A stretch of DNA of 64,000 nt from contig NC_059425.1 in NCBI RefSeq assembly GCF_021028975.2, forward strand, positions 73,098,001 through 73,162,000, read 5' to 3'. The position numbers and the translations under genes were made by a program. Positions within the stretch are counted from its first letter, which is position 1. Every line of letters begins with the position of its first letter. The notes below the pieces were generated by a model. It searched no databases, had not been told where the DNA came from, and saw nothing but the letters and a program-made list of their open reading frames with translations. The DNA is from Sphaerodactylus townsendi. Lineage: Eukaryota. Of the stretch, positions 51,203 to 63,551 are shown piece by piece.

Positions 51203-51779
51203 GTAAGTAAACAAGAAAAGCAGGCAAAAAACAGAGAGAGAACTGAGCTTTTTGCATTTATGTTCCACATTGCATGTATTCTGTCGTGAAGTTTACTGTC
51301 CGGAATACCATCTTTCACTTAAGAGAAAGTTTCCAATTTTTACAGAAGAAGAGCTTAAAAATGTGCAAATATTGTTGGTTTGATAAAATGTTGGAGAAGA
51401 GAATGATGTAAGTTGCACTGAAAAGAGAGGTGGGGTATAAATGAAGTTAGTTAAAGAACTGAAGACTTGCATTGCAGTCCTAAGCAGTTGCCCCCCCCCC
51501 CCCTTAAGTTCATTTAAAGAAGAGGGTATAATTCTGGATAGGATTGTATTGTTGGAAAGTATAGACCTTACTTGCTGTTTCCAATCAACAGCCACCAGGT
51601 ATCTGTACACTGCATAGTTCCCTGTTCCCTCCCTGTTCCCCTTCTCTCTAACCCATTGTGAAGGTATTCTGATACATACAAAGAACTTAAATACTGTGTT
51701 CGTTTATGTAAAGTGAGTGTGTTTGGACTGTTAGCCTTACCCTGACAGTGAATGGATTTTCTTCATTATTTGTATAGTG

Positions 51780-51927
51780 CAGGGGTAGGGAACCTGTGGC
51801 TCTCCAGATGTTCAGGAACTACAATTCCCATCAGCCCCTACCAGCATGGCCAATTGGCCATGCTGACAGAGGCTGATGGGAATTGTAGTTCCTGAACATC
51901 TGGAGAGCCGCAGGTTCCCTACCCCTG
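51780..51927. mobile_element. hAT MITE family 2 copy with non-matching flanks
   Basis: One mismatch versus 5413-5560; left flank GTATAGTG, right flank CCTTAGAC. Confidence 0.92.
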
Positions 51928-52220
51928 CCTTAGACAATAATGTCTAAGTTTTAAAGTTATTCCCTTGTCAAATAGATGCTCTGGTTTTGATCAGAGCTAA
52001 TGGCTCATTGGGCCCTGCTGTAAACATGTTTAAATAAAAGGGTTAACAATACAAAGCCTGTTATCAGGAAGATGGGTGTTAGAATCCACACTCAACCCCT
52101 CCTGAGTAACTTAGAGACATCTTGTCACCCTGTGCATTTCCTCCATGGTATAATAATGCCAATGTTGCTTTGATCAGCACTTGAAAGATGGAATAAACAA
52201 GGTTTAATATGGGGTTGAGC

Positions 52221-52343
52221 CAGGGGCGGAACGAGGGGGAACTGCGCCCGGGGTGTGCGCCTTGCACCCCTGCTGCAGCACCGCCCACCCCGCCCCGAAA
52301 CGCCCCCGGGATGCCCCGGAACACCCCCGCCCGAGGCGTCGCT
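52221..52343. mobile_element. Truncated GC-rich hAT-like fragment
   Basis: caggggcggaacgaggggg terminus; CpG-rich in an AT-rich context. Confidence 0.5.
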
Positions 52344-53575
52344 TAACAGATCAGGACCATATGATATAAGGAGTTATATTGTTCTTATACATTAAGTTCT
52401 TGTTTATTACATAGTCTATTAATGACTAGAGATTGGAGGAAAGCAACTGGGCTGAAATGTGTTTGGGTTTTTGCAAGGTACTCGCTTGTACATTGGTTGT
52501 TTGCTTGTACATATTGTTATGTATATATTTTTGTTCATTATTGTGGAGAATGTATTTGTGATTTATTGATATCTGTATTATTGTATGATATGCTTATTTA
52601 ATAATAGCTTTAATGTGAGACATATTAGTGAAGTAACTCAGATATGCTCAATTAAATTGCATTTTTGTAGATTTTTTGGGGTGTGTGGAGTTTGCTCTCA
52701 GCAGATTTACTTAATTTGTTAAATTTGAGTTGCCTCCCTATTTCTTTGCAGTTGGATCCCAAATTGATTTCAGAAACCAGTACTTGTCCCCTGCCCCCAT
52801 CATCTACAGATTGCTATTGCTGAGCATGCATAGATCCCTTTTCCTCTGTGTGAGTCACAGCCAGTCTTCTAGCATCTGAGATTAAAGGACAGGAATCCCA
52901 GTTCAAAAGCAGGCATGAACTGGTGTTCTTAATACATAGGGAATCCTCCCAAGATTTCACTTACTTGAAGGTAAGGCCTAATTAACATAGTAGACTTTCC
53001 TGTAAACATATATAGGATTACATTGCGCAGATTCTACTTGGCCATTCACAAGTACTACTAAGGACTTTTCAGATGTAGATTCAGATGTGTTTTAGTGTAT
53101 AAGTTAGCATTAACTTGTGTGGGATAAAGTACAATTTCCAGTTCCGTGTACAGATATGGTAGATTTGCTGAAGGAAAGAATAAGTCCTTTCTTAAAAGTG
53201 GTGTAAGAATATCCTTGCACTATGGTGTAAGAATATCCTTGCACTAGATATGGGAAATACCTTTTTTTTTAAAGGGAGGCAAATCTAACCAAATTATGGG
53301 TTATCTATCTCATTTGTCCTGCTGTTCATTCAAAAATCTGTGCATATGGGGTTATCAGTACTGAGGATGTTGTGGAGGAGATATGGTACATAATCATACA
53401 GCCTACCTTAAACATATGGGCTGGAAGTTATATTAGATTGTCAGTTACATTTAAACTAGGCCTTATACTTTTGGAACTTTCAGATCCCTCCCAGTGGCTT
53501 GTTGTTCTAAATCACCACCTGTCACAAGTTCTGCTGACTCTTGGGAGCTTTTGTTTGCTGCCTGTCTCCTGCTAG

Positions 53576-53802
53576 GACAGTCTTTTACTTGGAATACAAA
53601 CTGGCAAAGCTGCTGATATGTCCACTAGATGAAAACTACCCAGAGAGCCGCTATGAACTTGGGGGCTACAGTCGCCAATCTGACAGTGCTGCAGTCTCCA
53701 GTATTCCCAGTCATCCATCAACAGCTAGGCAGCCCACTGGGGTCCCAAGTCATGTGCGGCTGAGACTTCCTAGTCAAACTCAGAGCAGCCCAGCTTGCCT
53801 AG
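53576..53802 (+). CDS. RGS22-like gene, exon A (xTVFYLEYKLAKLLICPLDENYPESRYELGG...SSPACL)
   Basis: ctcctgctag acceptor, G|gtaaat donor; phase 2 to 1; YLEYKLAKL resembles YFEYRLAKL of the RGS22 N-terminal region. Confidence 0.8.
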
Positions 53803-55745
53803 GTAAATTTCTTGCAACCACTCTGTCACTCTGTGCTTACCTATTCACCTTTATAATGAGGCTATCAGCATGTCTCTTTCCATTTCCCCTTCTGAGAAAT
53901 GGCCTACAAATCTCATTGTGTGATGCTAGGGTTGCTGTTTGGTTGAATGTAAAGCCACCTTTCTTTCTTCAACTTTCTTGGACCTGATTATGTCATGAAC
54001 TTCAGCCACTTGCATTTTTGTTGTAATATGTACTTGCTTGCAGTCTTTCATGTCATTTAATGAATTTAGCAAAGCCTTGAGTCTATGTAAGTTAATGTCA
54101 CAATACATGTATTAATATCTGTGTGGTGGTGTTTTATGAAGTCTGGGTGTAAGGGTGGCCCTCAACGAACTGGGAAATAATATAGGTAGTATTTTACAGT
54201 ATAAGAGGCCTGTTAATTCTGTTGCATATGGCATGGTAAATATAACTCTTGGGGCTGAAAGTTTCACGCATCCATAAACTACTAAGAATAATTTTGTTCC
54301 ATCACACCAAATGGCCAACTAGTCCAGCAGTCTGTTTTTCAGCTGTGATCAAAACCATACAACAATAAGCAAATGGTGGTACCTAGACAATCCCAAAACA
54401 CTTTTGAGTGAATAAATATTCAAGTATTTAATGTAAAGTGCTTAAAGCATATGTGAAAAATTTATAAGTGAGTAGGCACATGAATAGTAAATCAGTCCAT
54501 GCAAAACAAGAGCTGACCTGTTTTATTGCTCATTTTGAGGGTTAGTAACCACTGCTTCAGTTCATTCAGTCTGTTTGCTTATGGGACATGGTACACCTTT
54601 CATGCAAATTCTATATAAATTTATCATTATACATGAATGCTATAATTCATAAGCATATATTACAATCCATAAAATATGCTTAGCAGTATCAAATACATAC
54701 TTCAATATATTTGCAAAGATAATTGCTGTATAAATCCAGATACTTACATCACATTATACAAATTTAAACACTAATTCTTTGATCTGTTCTAAAGGTGTAC
54801 GTCAACAATGTGATGCTAGAAATAAAAGCTGTGCATCTTAGTTTGCACTCCAGTTTCCTGTATAATTGGGATTTTAATATTTTACAGCTGGAAGTAACTT
54901 GTATTGAAGGCTTTATATACGAACTACTTCTAATTTCCTCTTATACAGATTCATTTTCTCACTTACAACTCCCAAGAGTGAGCCTGACCTAAAACAGTGC
55001 ACAGCCTCAAAGAGCACCTGCAGTAACATGCATGTCAGATGCTACAGAAAATAGGAATAATCGATTAACATATTTAATTCTAAGGGTGTGTGTGTCTTGA
55101 GTCTGTCGATCCAATGTGCCTCCATCTGCAGCAGGCACCTTTTGCCATCCATTTTATTATAAGTGTAAGGTGTAAATTTTGTTTTGTTGCATGGTTCTGG
55201 ACTTTGGTGGAGTGCTGTTTGTTTTGGTTATTCAGCTGTGATCAGACAGATCGTTGCAGGATCTTTAGAAGAGGCTATGAAGGCAACACATTTCCCATGA
55301 TGTTTCTGTCCCCTGAATTCACTGTGAAACTGTCAACATGGAATTTTTGTTTACCTACTGTAACTCATCATTCTATCCTAAATGAATTAGTTTTTTTAAA
55401 AAATCATTAACACACACACACACCCCAATCTAAGTGAAATTCCTAAGGAATGTTCATAATTTTTTAGGGAAGGAAAGAGGGAAGGTGATTTTCTTTAACT
55501 ACATGAAATTGACATAGTAAAATAATCTCTGATGACTGAACCAAGTGGAAAGTGATATTGGGAACAATCTGGAAGCTGCTTTGGAAGGGTTAGGAACACA
55601 GCTGGGATGTTGCCTTGTGACCCTGCTGGGCCTTTGTGTCCTGTTCACACTCAAGGGGGAAACTCAAGGCTCATTCTCCAGACACTTATGCATAGGTGAC
55701 TTTATTTCTGATCTCTCTGACCTTCCGCTTGTTGTCTTTTTGCAG

Positions 55746-55886
55746 GATTCTTTACACGTTTTTCTGGGCAAATCCCCGTGGAGTTCCCTAGCATCTTGAG
55801 CTGGGACCAGTTTCCAGTTACAGAATGTATAAGCAGGCTGCAGCTCCAGAGTCTTCTGGCTGACTCCAGTGCAGAAAGGACAAATG
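55746..55886 (+). CDS. RGS22-like gene, exon B (FFTRFSGQIPVEFPSILSWDQFP...SAERTN)
   Basis: Strong ttttttgcag acceptor, G|gtgaga donor; the only open frame is phase 1 to 1, matching its neighbours. Confidence 0.68.
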
Positions 55887-57088
55887 GTGAGAATCCCCCA
55901 GCTAGAAGAAAACAAAACAAAGGCTGGGTACCAGCAGAAAGAATTTGTTTTCTGAACCCGTGCAGAAGGAGTCCATGGATGGATACTTTCTTATGAATGC
56001 TGAAGCCAGTGGTGTAATTTAGGAAGAGTGGAAATTGATTGCTACTTCTTGAAGCTGTTCTTAGACGTTTATTTCTTGGCAAAGTGTAGGGAATTGCTTC
56101 ATGGTTGTCCAGAGATGACATCCTTCTATTTTCTTTAACAGGTCAGATTATTTTTTACTATTGTAAAGGAGTGTTATTCAACCCCAGATAAGGATGCCTA
56201 ATAATAAAGATAATGTTGTTTAGACTGAAAGTAGATACCCAGGTTTTCAATTTTTCCCCATTTCCTCAGTCACAAGATAATGTAACATGATCTGTTTTTG
56301 AGTTGGGTGATCCTCATTCAGTAGTGTCACACTCCTGTTTTGTGGGGGTGGAGAAAGGCGGTTCTCCACCCCAAGGCATGATAAGTGCTGAATATGTCAG
56401 AGAACTAAGTCAGATAAAGGGAAAGAAAATGGAAGGTGAGGGGAATCTGGCCTGCTTATGGCTGTAAGAGGTTATAGGTTTTGGAAGGAAGCCTTTGGGT
56501 CAGGAGGAGTTCTCACTTGTTCCCCCTTCTGTAATATTTCTTGTGGACTCTAACCTGTTCTGTAACAGTTCTGTGTATTGCAAGCCAGTGTGGAAAAGGC
56601 AATAATGAAAGTCAGCGCTGATGACCACCAAGAGTGCTCCATCTTGTTCTGAGTCTGCATGGGCTTCAGTCACATGGACTATTTTAGACATCTTGCCTTT
56701 TAGTGAGCTCCCATATTACAGCCCAATTCATGTGTTACCTTTGTGGACAACATTAAGATGTCATATTAAAGACCAATTCATATGCTACCTTGTGGCAGCA
56801 GTTATACCTCACAGGTGATACATGAATACAGTGTAAGATGTTCTGTGATAGTCACTAAGGAACAGCAGGTATTTTACAGACTGTTGACAGGGTTGCCACT
56901 GGAGATCAGTATTTGATTCTCCAAAAGAGTTCTTAAAGTTTAATTTAGACAAAGTGGGTCCTATCAGTCTTCAGCAACTGTCAGACTTGCTGGCAGAATG
57001 ATTACTCTTCCAACAGTCAAATGTATTCCTGCTCAGACCCATTAATAACTTGGGTAGTAGATAGATGAGAAAAGGGACATTGCTTTGG

Positions 57089-57570
57089 TGTTAAATCTTG
57101 GAAACTTCAGTAAATGAACCCCGAAATGATATTCAGCAATGTTTATTGATGAGGTAGTCAAGTTTAACACTTGCCAAAGCCAGTTCTAATGAAACTGGCA
57201 TCTCAGGTCCCAGATATCCCCCAAGGATCCCCCCTCCTGAGTTCCCAGAGACAGCATCTGGGGTCTGAGACTGCGAGTGTGGTCAGCCCCAAGGTTAGCA
57301 ACAGATAGCAGACGAGCCACCTGGTCTCCTGCTCACAACAAGGTAGCAGTCACAACTCTTTTCTCATGGGACAGGCAAGGCAGGGGAGGCCTACTTCACT
57401 ACAAAGCATGCAAAGCCATAAAGCATAGGTCAAAAGAATGCATAGTTGGCTGTGGTTACATATAACAGAGCTAGTTATATATATCAAAAGAGGTATTGGG
57501 TTACCGCATATAATTGGTTACATTGATTCAAGAGTCTATCCATCTCTCTCAGATAAGCACCCTCCTGACA
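57089..57570 (-). mobile_element. Solo LTR (482 bp)
   Basis: TGTTA...TGACA termini with 5-bp TSD TTTGG (57084-57088, 57571-57575); minus-strand CCAAT, TATA and AATAAA in the expected order. Confidence 0.78.
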
Positions 57571-57643
57571 TTTGGCCACTGAATGGAAGTTCCTTCAAGG
57601 CTCAGACATTTGATTTTGGTTCCGATGTGTGTCCTCATTACAG

Positions 57644-57761
57644 GAAGGCTCATGAGTGGCTCTACCAATGTGGATGAACCAGTGGGCTCTCCAGTTCCCC
57701 TGAGCAGAGGTGCTCTTGGTTCCTTGCCTGATGAAGAGCTCCCTGAGCTTCAAATTGATTG
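57644..57761 (+). CDS. RGS22-like gene, exon C (RLMSGSTNVDEPVGSP...DEELPELQIDW)
   Basis: cattacag acceptor, TG|gtaagc donor; phase 1 to 2. Confidence 0.7.
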
Positions 57762-59009
57762 GTAAGCTTAATACATCTACTTCTGCTGATGTAATTTCAG
57801 CTGACCTGAACTCTGCAGCTATGTGCATGTTGGACAGAAACTTTCTACATCTGCTCATTACAGTGTGGTATGAGCTGTGACTCTGGAAAGAATGCCAATA
57901 TCATTAATTTGCAATGCACTGATTTCATCACGTGTCAAGGTTGATATTCCATGTCAGCACTGATTCTCCTTCTATCTATTTTGCTGTTTGACGGGTCTGC
58001 TGGATTCTCTTATAAAATTTACTGTTTAAAATACAAAACGCTTTGTGCCTTTAAGGACAAGTGAAATTGACTCTTATACAGAAATGAGACACACCAACTG
58101 TTTTGTATGATATTTATTAATGCACTTTATTCACGGTGATTTTATGCACTTTGGTTCACATAAAGAGCGGTTGATGCAACGTGACTTCCTTTGTATTGTG
58201 GTTACATATGTTGCATCATTGTAGAAACTTATACTTTATACCTTTTTCAACACAAAAATGTCAGGAGATTTGAGAATTCATCTGGCATTTCATGGACCAT
58301 CTTTGATCTAGAATGCTCCATTTGGGCCTTAGTGCCTTGGACTCAGAACTAGGTAGGCACCAGAACTCAAACAGAGCATTCTCCTGTCATTTTTGTGTTG
58401 AAAAAGGGTATAGCCCCAAATCACCCAGCAGGCTTCATGGGTAGGAGTGGGGAAACAAATCCAGTTCACCAGATAAGAGTCTGCTGCTCATGTGGACGAA
58501 TGAGGAATCAAAATCTATTCTCCAGATTGATTCCACCACTTGTAACCCCCTACATTGGCTTTTTATTTTTTTTATTGGTTTTCAATGTCTTTTAAGTGAA
58601 TTTTATCACATCTTAATGGATTTTTTTTATTGTGTTGTAAACCATCTTGTGGACTTCTTGTTGAAAGGTGGCTCTATAAACCAATAACACTAATTTAAGA
58701 ATGGTCCCCCCGTCCCCGATCAATAAGATGGATTCAGGGATATGTAATCTTTTTTGGGGGTTTATTTTTGTGAAGTTGTGTTGTGTACATATCAATGGTA
58801 AAATCTGATGTCATCTTCATATTGCATATAACACAGCTCACCTTTAGTAGTGAATGCAAATCCCCTTTTCCAGCCTGGGAAGTTGTCTCATGTTGCTCAT
58901 TGTAATGAAACAGGAGAGTCTCAAATAGATCCACAAAGAGGTATGCCCCCCTTGTATTGTCTGATTTTAACACACTGAGCACTTTAATCTGTTCTGTCTC
59001 TTTCTACAG

Positions 59010-59163
59010 GAGTTGCGAGAAGACATTCTCAGAACCCAGGAAGGTTTTGCAATTTGACCTGAAGGAAGTAAATAACCCTAAGGAAGAGCAGCTGGATCCT
59101 TGTTTGGCTTATGGCTTTGGAAATGCTGTTCTGCAGCAGCTAAAAGAAGATGTCCTAGGGACT
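59010..59163 (+). CDS. RGS22-like gene, exon D (SCEKTFSEPRK...NAVLQQLKEDVLGT)
   Basis: tctttctacag acceptor, ACT|gtaagt donor; phase 2 to 0. Confidence 0.8.
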
Positions 59164-59183
59164 GTAAGTAATGTTGCCTCTTA

Positions 59184-59396
59184 CTATACTCTTTTTCACC
59201 TGAAGATGACAGGAGATTTGTGAATTAATTTGCCATTTCCTGGAACTTCTTTGTTCTAGAATTCTCTGCTTGACTCCTGGTGGAGACAGAACTAGGTAAG
59301 AACTGGAAATCAAGTGGAGCATTCTAGAACAAAGAAGGTTCAGGAAATGGCAGAGTAATTCACAAATCTGTCATCTTTTGGTAAGAAAGATTATAG
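59184..59396. repeat. ~210-bp inverted repeat (palindromic MITE) starting about 20 nt after the exon D donor; related copy at 58262-58393
   Basis: agatttgtgaatta..tgccatttcctg..cttctttgttctagaat mirrored as attctagaacaaagaag..caggaaatggca..taattcacaaatct. Confidence 0.75.
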
Positions 59397-60642
59397 AAAC
59401 TTTGCAGATCTTGGCTTTGTGCGGCTTCCAATCTTTTTCTAGCTCCCAGTTCCTATCTTTAAGATATTGTGTGGTAACTATCAAAATCACCATGTTGTTG
59501 GGAAGGGGGGGGAAATGATTGTTTAAAGAAGTGCCAGTAGAGGGTCACTGTCTTGCTAGACTAGGTATTCCTTTTTAGGAGGTATAGCTACTTCTTAGAG
59601 GAAGCCAGAAGGGGTCAGTTACCAAGGTGTTAACAGGATGACACAGTTTAGCAAGAACAATGACAAATTGCTTATATCTAAGCCCTCATTTGCTGAGCGA
59701 GTTCCCTTGCAACCCCACCTAGAGATGTAAAATGTCCAGACATTTTGAAGCCACAGGGAAAAAAAGATTTTTATTTTTTTTCCTGGAAAAAAATGGCACG
59801 CTTGGGAAAATATACACCATACATACTGTCCTGTCAAACCTAAACTAATTTTACTGCTTTAACAACATAAAAAGCACAATTTACAACTTACTCAGTATAT
59901 AAAGTTGCAATATTTGACAATGTATGGAAATTAAACATTCTAAATGCCTTCATTTGTTACAAGCAACATTACAAATACATGTACCTTATTTTTTGATGTC
60001 TGAAAGATAAATAAGAATTAAATAGAAAACAAAAGCTTTGTGGTAAATAACACAAAATATATTATCAACCTACTGTGACTAAGCCACAATGTCAAACTCC
60101 AGCATTGGGCTGGTTGTCTCCTCATTCAGGCTTCCATTAGTTTGCCTTAAGGGAAGAACCTTGGAAAAGAGCGAGGAGGGGAAGTTTTACTGCACCTTCT
60201 TCTGTTCTTGCCAGTAACCTCTTCCTGGTTGACTTACATGAAATCTGGCCCTTCCTCCCCCTGGTTCTCCCAGGGAATGCCTTTTGAAGAAGGGTTTGTG
60301 TGTGGTACAACTTCAGGCTCAGCCACTCACTTTATCCTGGGGGATGGGCCTGTGGGAGTGACAGGTCTTGAGCCCAATGGGCAGCTGACTGCCTGGGATC
60401 CCATTTCCCCAGCTCTTCCTCTCTAGGAGGTCTTACAACACTTCTACTATGAACTAAGGGAGGTTGCTTCAGCCAGTTCCCTGTCCTTCCAAAGAAGCCT
60501 GCCTATGTTTATAACTAATTCTTTTCCTCCTGTCTTAAGTGAGAGCAATGAAGTGAGTAAAGGAGAGTAGGTAATACTCCTGTCCTCTTCCAAGTACCTA
60601 CACCTGTGCAATACTGTTCTTTCCCTTCCTCTTGTTTTGCAG

Positions 60643-60803
60643 AAAGCTGGTATGAATTGTTTCAGGGAGTTCCTCCATGGCACATTAGGGATCTATCTCT
60701 TAGACTTCTGGATTGATTGTGAGGACTTCATGGAGCACACCAGGCACTTGGAGGCCACAGCTACACCACAAGAGACCTGGCTATTCTCTTTTAATGCTCT
60801 CCG
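60643..60803 (+). CDS. RGS22-like gene, exon E, RGS-domain helices (KAGMNCFREFLHGTLGIYLLDFWIDCEDF...FNALR)
   Basis: RGS signature GxxxFxxFL...LxFWxxCExF; resembles RGS22 FKKFIKGTLG..W; long pyrimidine tract acceptor, CG|gtaacc donor; absent from the ORF track. Confidence 0.88.
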
Positions 60804-62094
60804 GTAACCATGCAAATGAATTTATTGAGCTAAGTATAGGATCCAGTGGGTCACTTAGTTTGCATTGCCCATTTCTCAGTCACTCCGGAATGATGAAGTA
60901 CCTGTCAAATCACTGTGTTACAGACTGCTAATTGCCTTTTGCCAGTATGCTGTGTTTATAAAAACAACACCGTACATCAGGAAAAGCAGCATAAAATATG
61001 TGAATTAGTTCGTTTGTTTGCATAATTTCTTCTATTGCTTCTAATCTAGAGGAGGGGCATAAAGCTGATGAAACCATTAGAAGCCAGCTGTTTGACTGCC
61101 AAAAATGGATCTCTTTACTGTCCCATTGCTGTCCCATTTGCTGTCAAGCCATTATGTCCATCGTCACTTTCTTAATAGCCTCAAAACTGTTCTTTGAATG
61201 AATGCTGACTTTCTCAGGATGATGAATTTTCTGGCCAGTTTCTGCAGAATTGTGCTTTGAAATAATTTATCCTCTGAGAAGACGCTTACACAGAAGTCAT
61301 TAGGGCAGTGATGATTAAATGTATTCTCTCAGCATGTCTGAAGTTTATAGAACATTTGACCAGATGAGCATGTTTTGGTCACACTCTTTCCCACAAGGCA
61401 AAAGGGGCCCATAAGGAGACTTTGCTATACACTTGCACAGCCCAAAGTACTATGTCAATTCTGTTGTACAATTTGAATCTCCTTTTTTTTCTTGAAAAAG
61501 CTCTCCTGAACTTCAAGTGTAGCACCAAACTGAGAATCATCACAATGTTTATCTGTGCTATGAAATGTAAGGAACACACAGATCCAGGGATTTATGCTTG
61601 TGATGCACCTCGGGTCTAGACTACCCTGATGTAACCACAAAACTGCCTATTGTTAAGTTTAGCCCAACATGAACACAAATATTTTGGCTGCAGTTTTTCA
61701 TAACCAGTGTGGGAATGTAAGAGCAGTAGCTGCAGAGGGAGAGACCAAGCATGTTCTATTTTTCCCTGTTATTTTGTAGCATGGCAGACTTTTCATAATA
61801 CCATTGTACTCTTCCCTATCTACAATTATTTTTGCCTGGTTTTGGAGTAGAATAAAATTGCATATCTTCGCAATTTCTTTCCCCTAATTTAGACATTTTC
61901 TAAAAGAGGGCCAGATATGATACAAGTTTGGAGCAAAGGTTGGTTGGAGGGCTTCAGTTTCTGCTACTGAGTGAGCTCTGTTGTAGAGTGAGCATGATCG
62001 GTAGCCTTTAGCTGCAAAATCTGACAAGCTTGAGATTAGACCTTTGGCTGTTCCAGTTCATTTTGGAGTTGAGGATACTGTTTTTCATTGGCAG

Positions 62095-62140
62095 GAGCAT
62101 TCAGGCCAAGTACAAGTTGACCGTGCCTCCTGCTTCTCAA
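62095..62140 (+). CDS. RGS22-like gene, exon F (SIQAKYKLTVPPASQ)
   Basis: tttttcattggcag acceptor, CAA|gtgagt donor; phase 2 to 0; IxxKY fits the RGS helix pattern. Confidence 0.8.
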
Positions 62141-62539
62141 GTGAGTAATGCTGGGCAGGTGCCCCTTCCTTAACCTGAGACACAGAACGTTAGCACTAAA
62201 TCCTTGATCTCTCTGGGGAAATTGATGCTGCTGCAAGCTAAGCAGCTCAGAAAACAGAATCTTGGGGACTAACCTTTTCCTACCACTTTTGTCCTTGCTG
62301 AACTAACTGGAGGCAAAATCCAGGAGTATGTTAATTCCAGCAACAAAGCTTCCAACAGACTGCCTCTTTGTACTGTTTCTAAGCTCATGATTTTGCCTAC
62401 CTTGTGACTGTGATATCAAAATAGTCCTCATTATTGCTAGAGAAATGTTTGCTTTCCCCTCTGTATTACCTTGAAATAGAGAATTCTGGGGTTGGCAGAC
62501 CACTGCTTGATAGAAATTGTCTAACGACTGCAAAAGACA

Positions 62540-62660
62540 GGCTGTTGTGGGTTTTCTAGGCTGTGTGGCTCCTAGGAGCTAAAACCACCAGAGCATAGCC
62601 ACACAGCCCAGAAACCCACAATGGCAGTTGATTGTGGCTGTGAAAGCCTTTGACAACTAC
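62540..62660. mobile_element. Internally deleted Penelope-like inverted-repeat remnant
   Basis: ttgtgggttttctaggctgtgtggc / gccacacagcccagaaacccacaa; same family as 5594-6070. Confidence 0.6.
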
Positions 62661-63411
62661 AATAAAATATACAATATATAATCTGAAGAAAGAAAAATAA
62701 CACTGATACCTTGAAAAATTTATGGGGAGAGGTAATTTTGGACTGGGTTTTTATTAAGTTCAAATGAGGAAAGAACTGTGGAAAATAAAATGTATTGTTT
62801 AGATTCCTCATTGTCAAATAATTATTTAAATAAATATTGATTTTATATAGATTTTGTATTGATGGCCTCAAGCAGAAATATAAACATTTCCATTTACAGT
62901 TGGAGGCAAAATAGTCAAGACAGGCTAAATCTATGGACTGAAAGTGTGTAAAGGCTTCAGTTAGGTTTGTAATGTGAAGAGCTATATTGGCAAGAGCCTT
63001 CACTTACTGTTGTGCCACTATCTGTGCTTTTTCTCCTGTGTGTACAAGAATCAGACACTGCAGTGGGTCACAGGTGATTTAAGCCTTACTTGTATGTGTC
63101 AATGCTATGAAGTCCCATTTATATGGATCCCCCAAAGGCCTGGTTCCTGCTGCTTTCTGTTTGAAGGCTTCCCACTACGTGGCTCCTCAATGTTCAGCAT
63201 GCCCATGAGCAACACTGAATACGCCCCCCCCCCCCCCCACCTCCAGTGGCATGCTCTGTGCCGAAAATAATTCAGGACTAGATAGGTGGAAGACTATCTG
63301 GACTTGTTCAGTGTGAAAGCAACCAGGGAAGGGATGGCAGTTGGTACTTGTAAAGCCAGTCAAAGTTTCTGTTTCTATAATGTTGCAGCCTTGCTGTTCC
63401 TCTGCTTGCAG

Positions 63412-63551
63412 GAGCCATTTGGTGAACCTGCAGGCACTCAGGAGACAGCTTTTGTTGCCCTGAGCAGGAAACAATATGATGCTTTGAGACGCTTGCGCTC
63501 TTACTGGGTCCCTCGGTTTCTCATCCACCATCAGAGGACACAGCATCTCAG
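63412..63551 (+). CDS. RGS22-like gene, exon G (EPFGEPAGTQETAFVALSRKQYDALRRLRSYWVPRFLIHHQRTQHL); gene continues beyond the right end
   Basis: cttgcag acceptor, AG|gtttgt donor; YWVPRFL resembles RGS22 YWAPRF and the end of an RGS domain. Confidence 0.87.

Noticed and set aside
51346-51407. Exon-like segment (tttttacag...AT|gtaagt) after AARS2 exon 3
   Set aside because: No similarity to AARS2 exon 4 or RGS22; 62 nt would shift the frame after exon 3
52752-52970. Strong acceptor at 52751 with downstream donors
   Set aside because: Stop codon in the phase-2 frame needed after AARS2 exon 3; no homology in other frames
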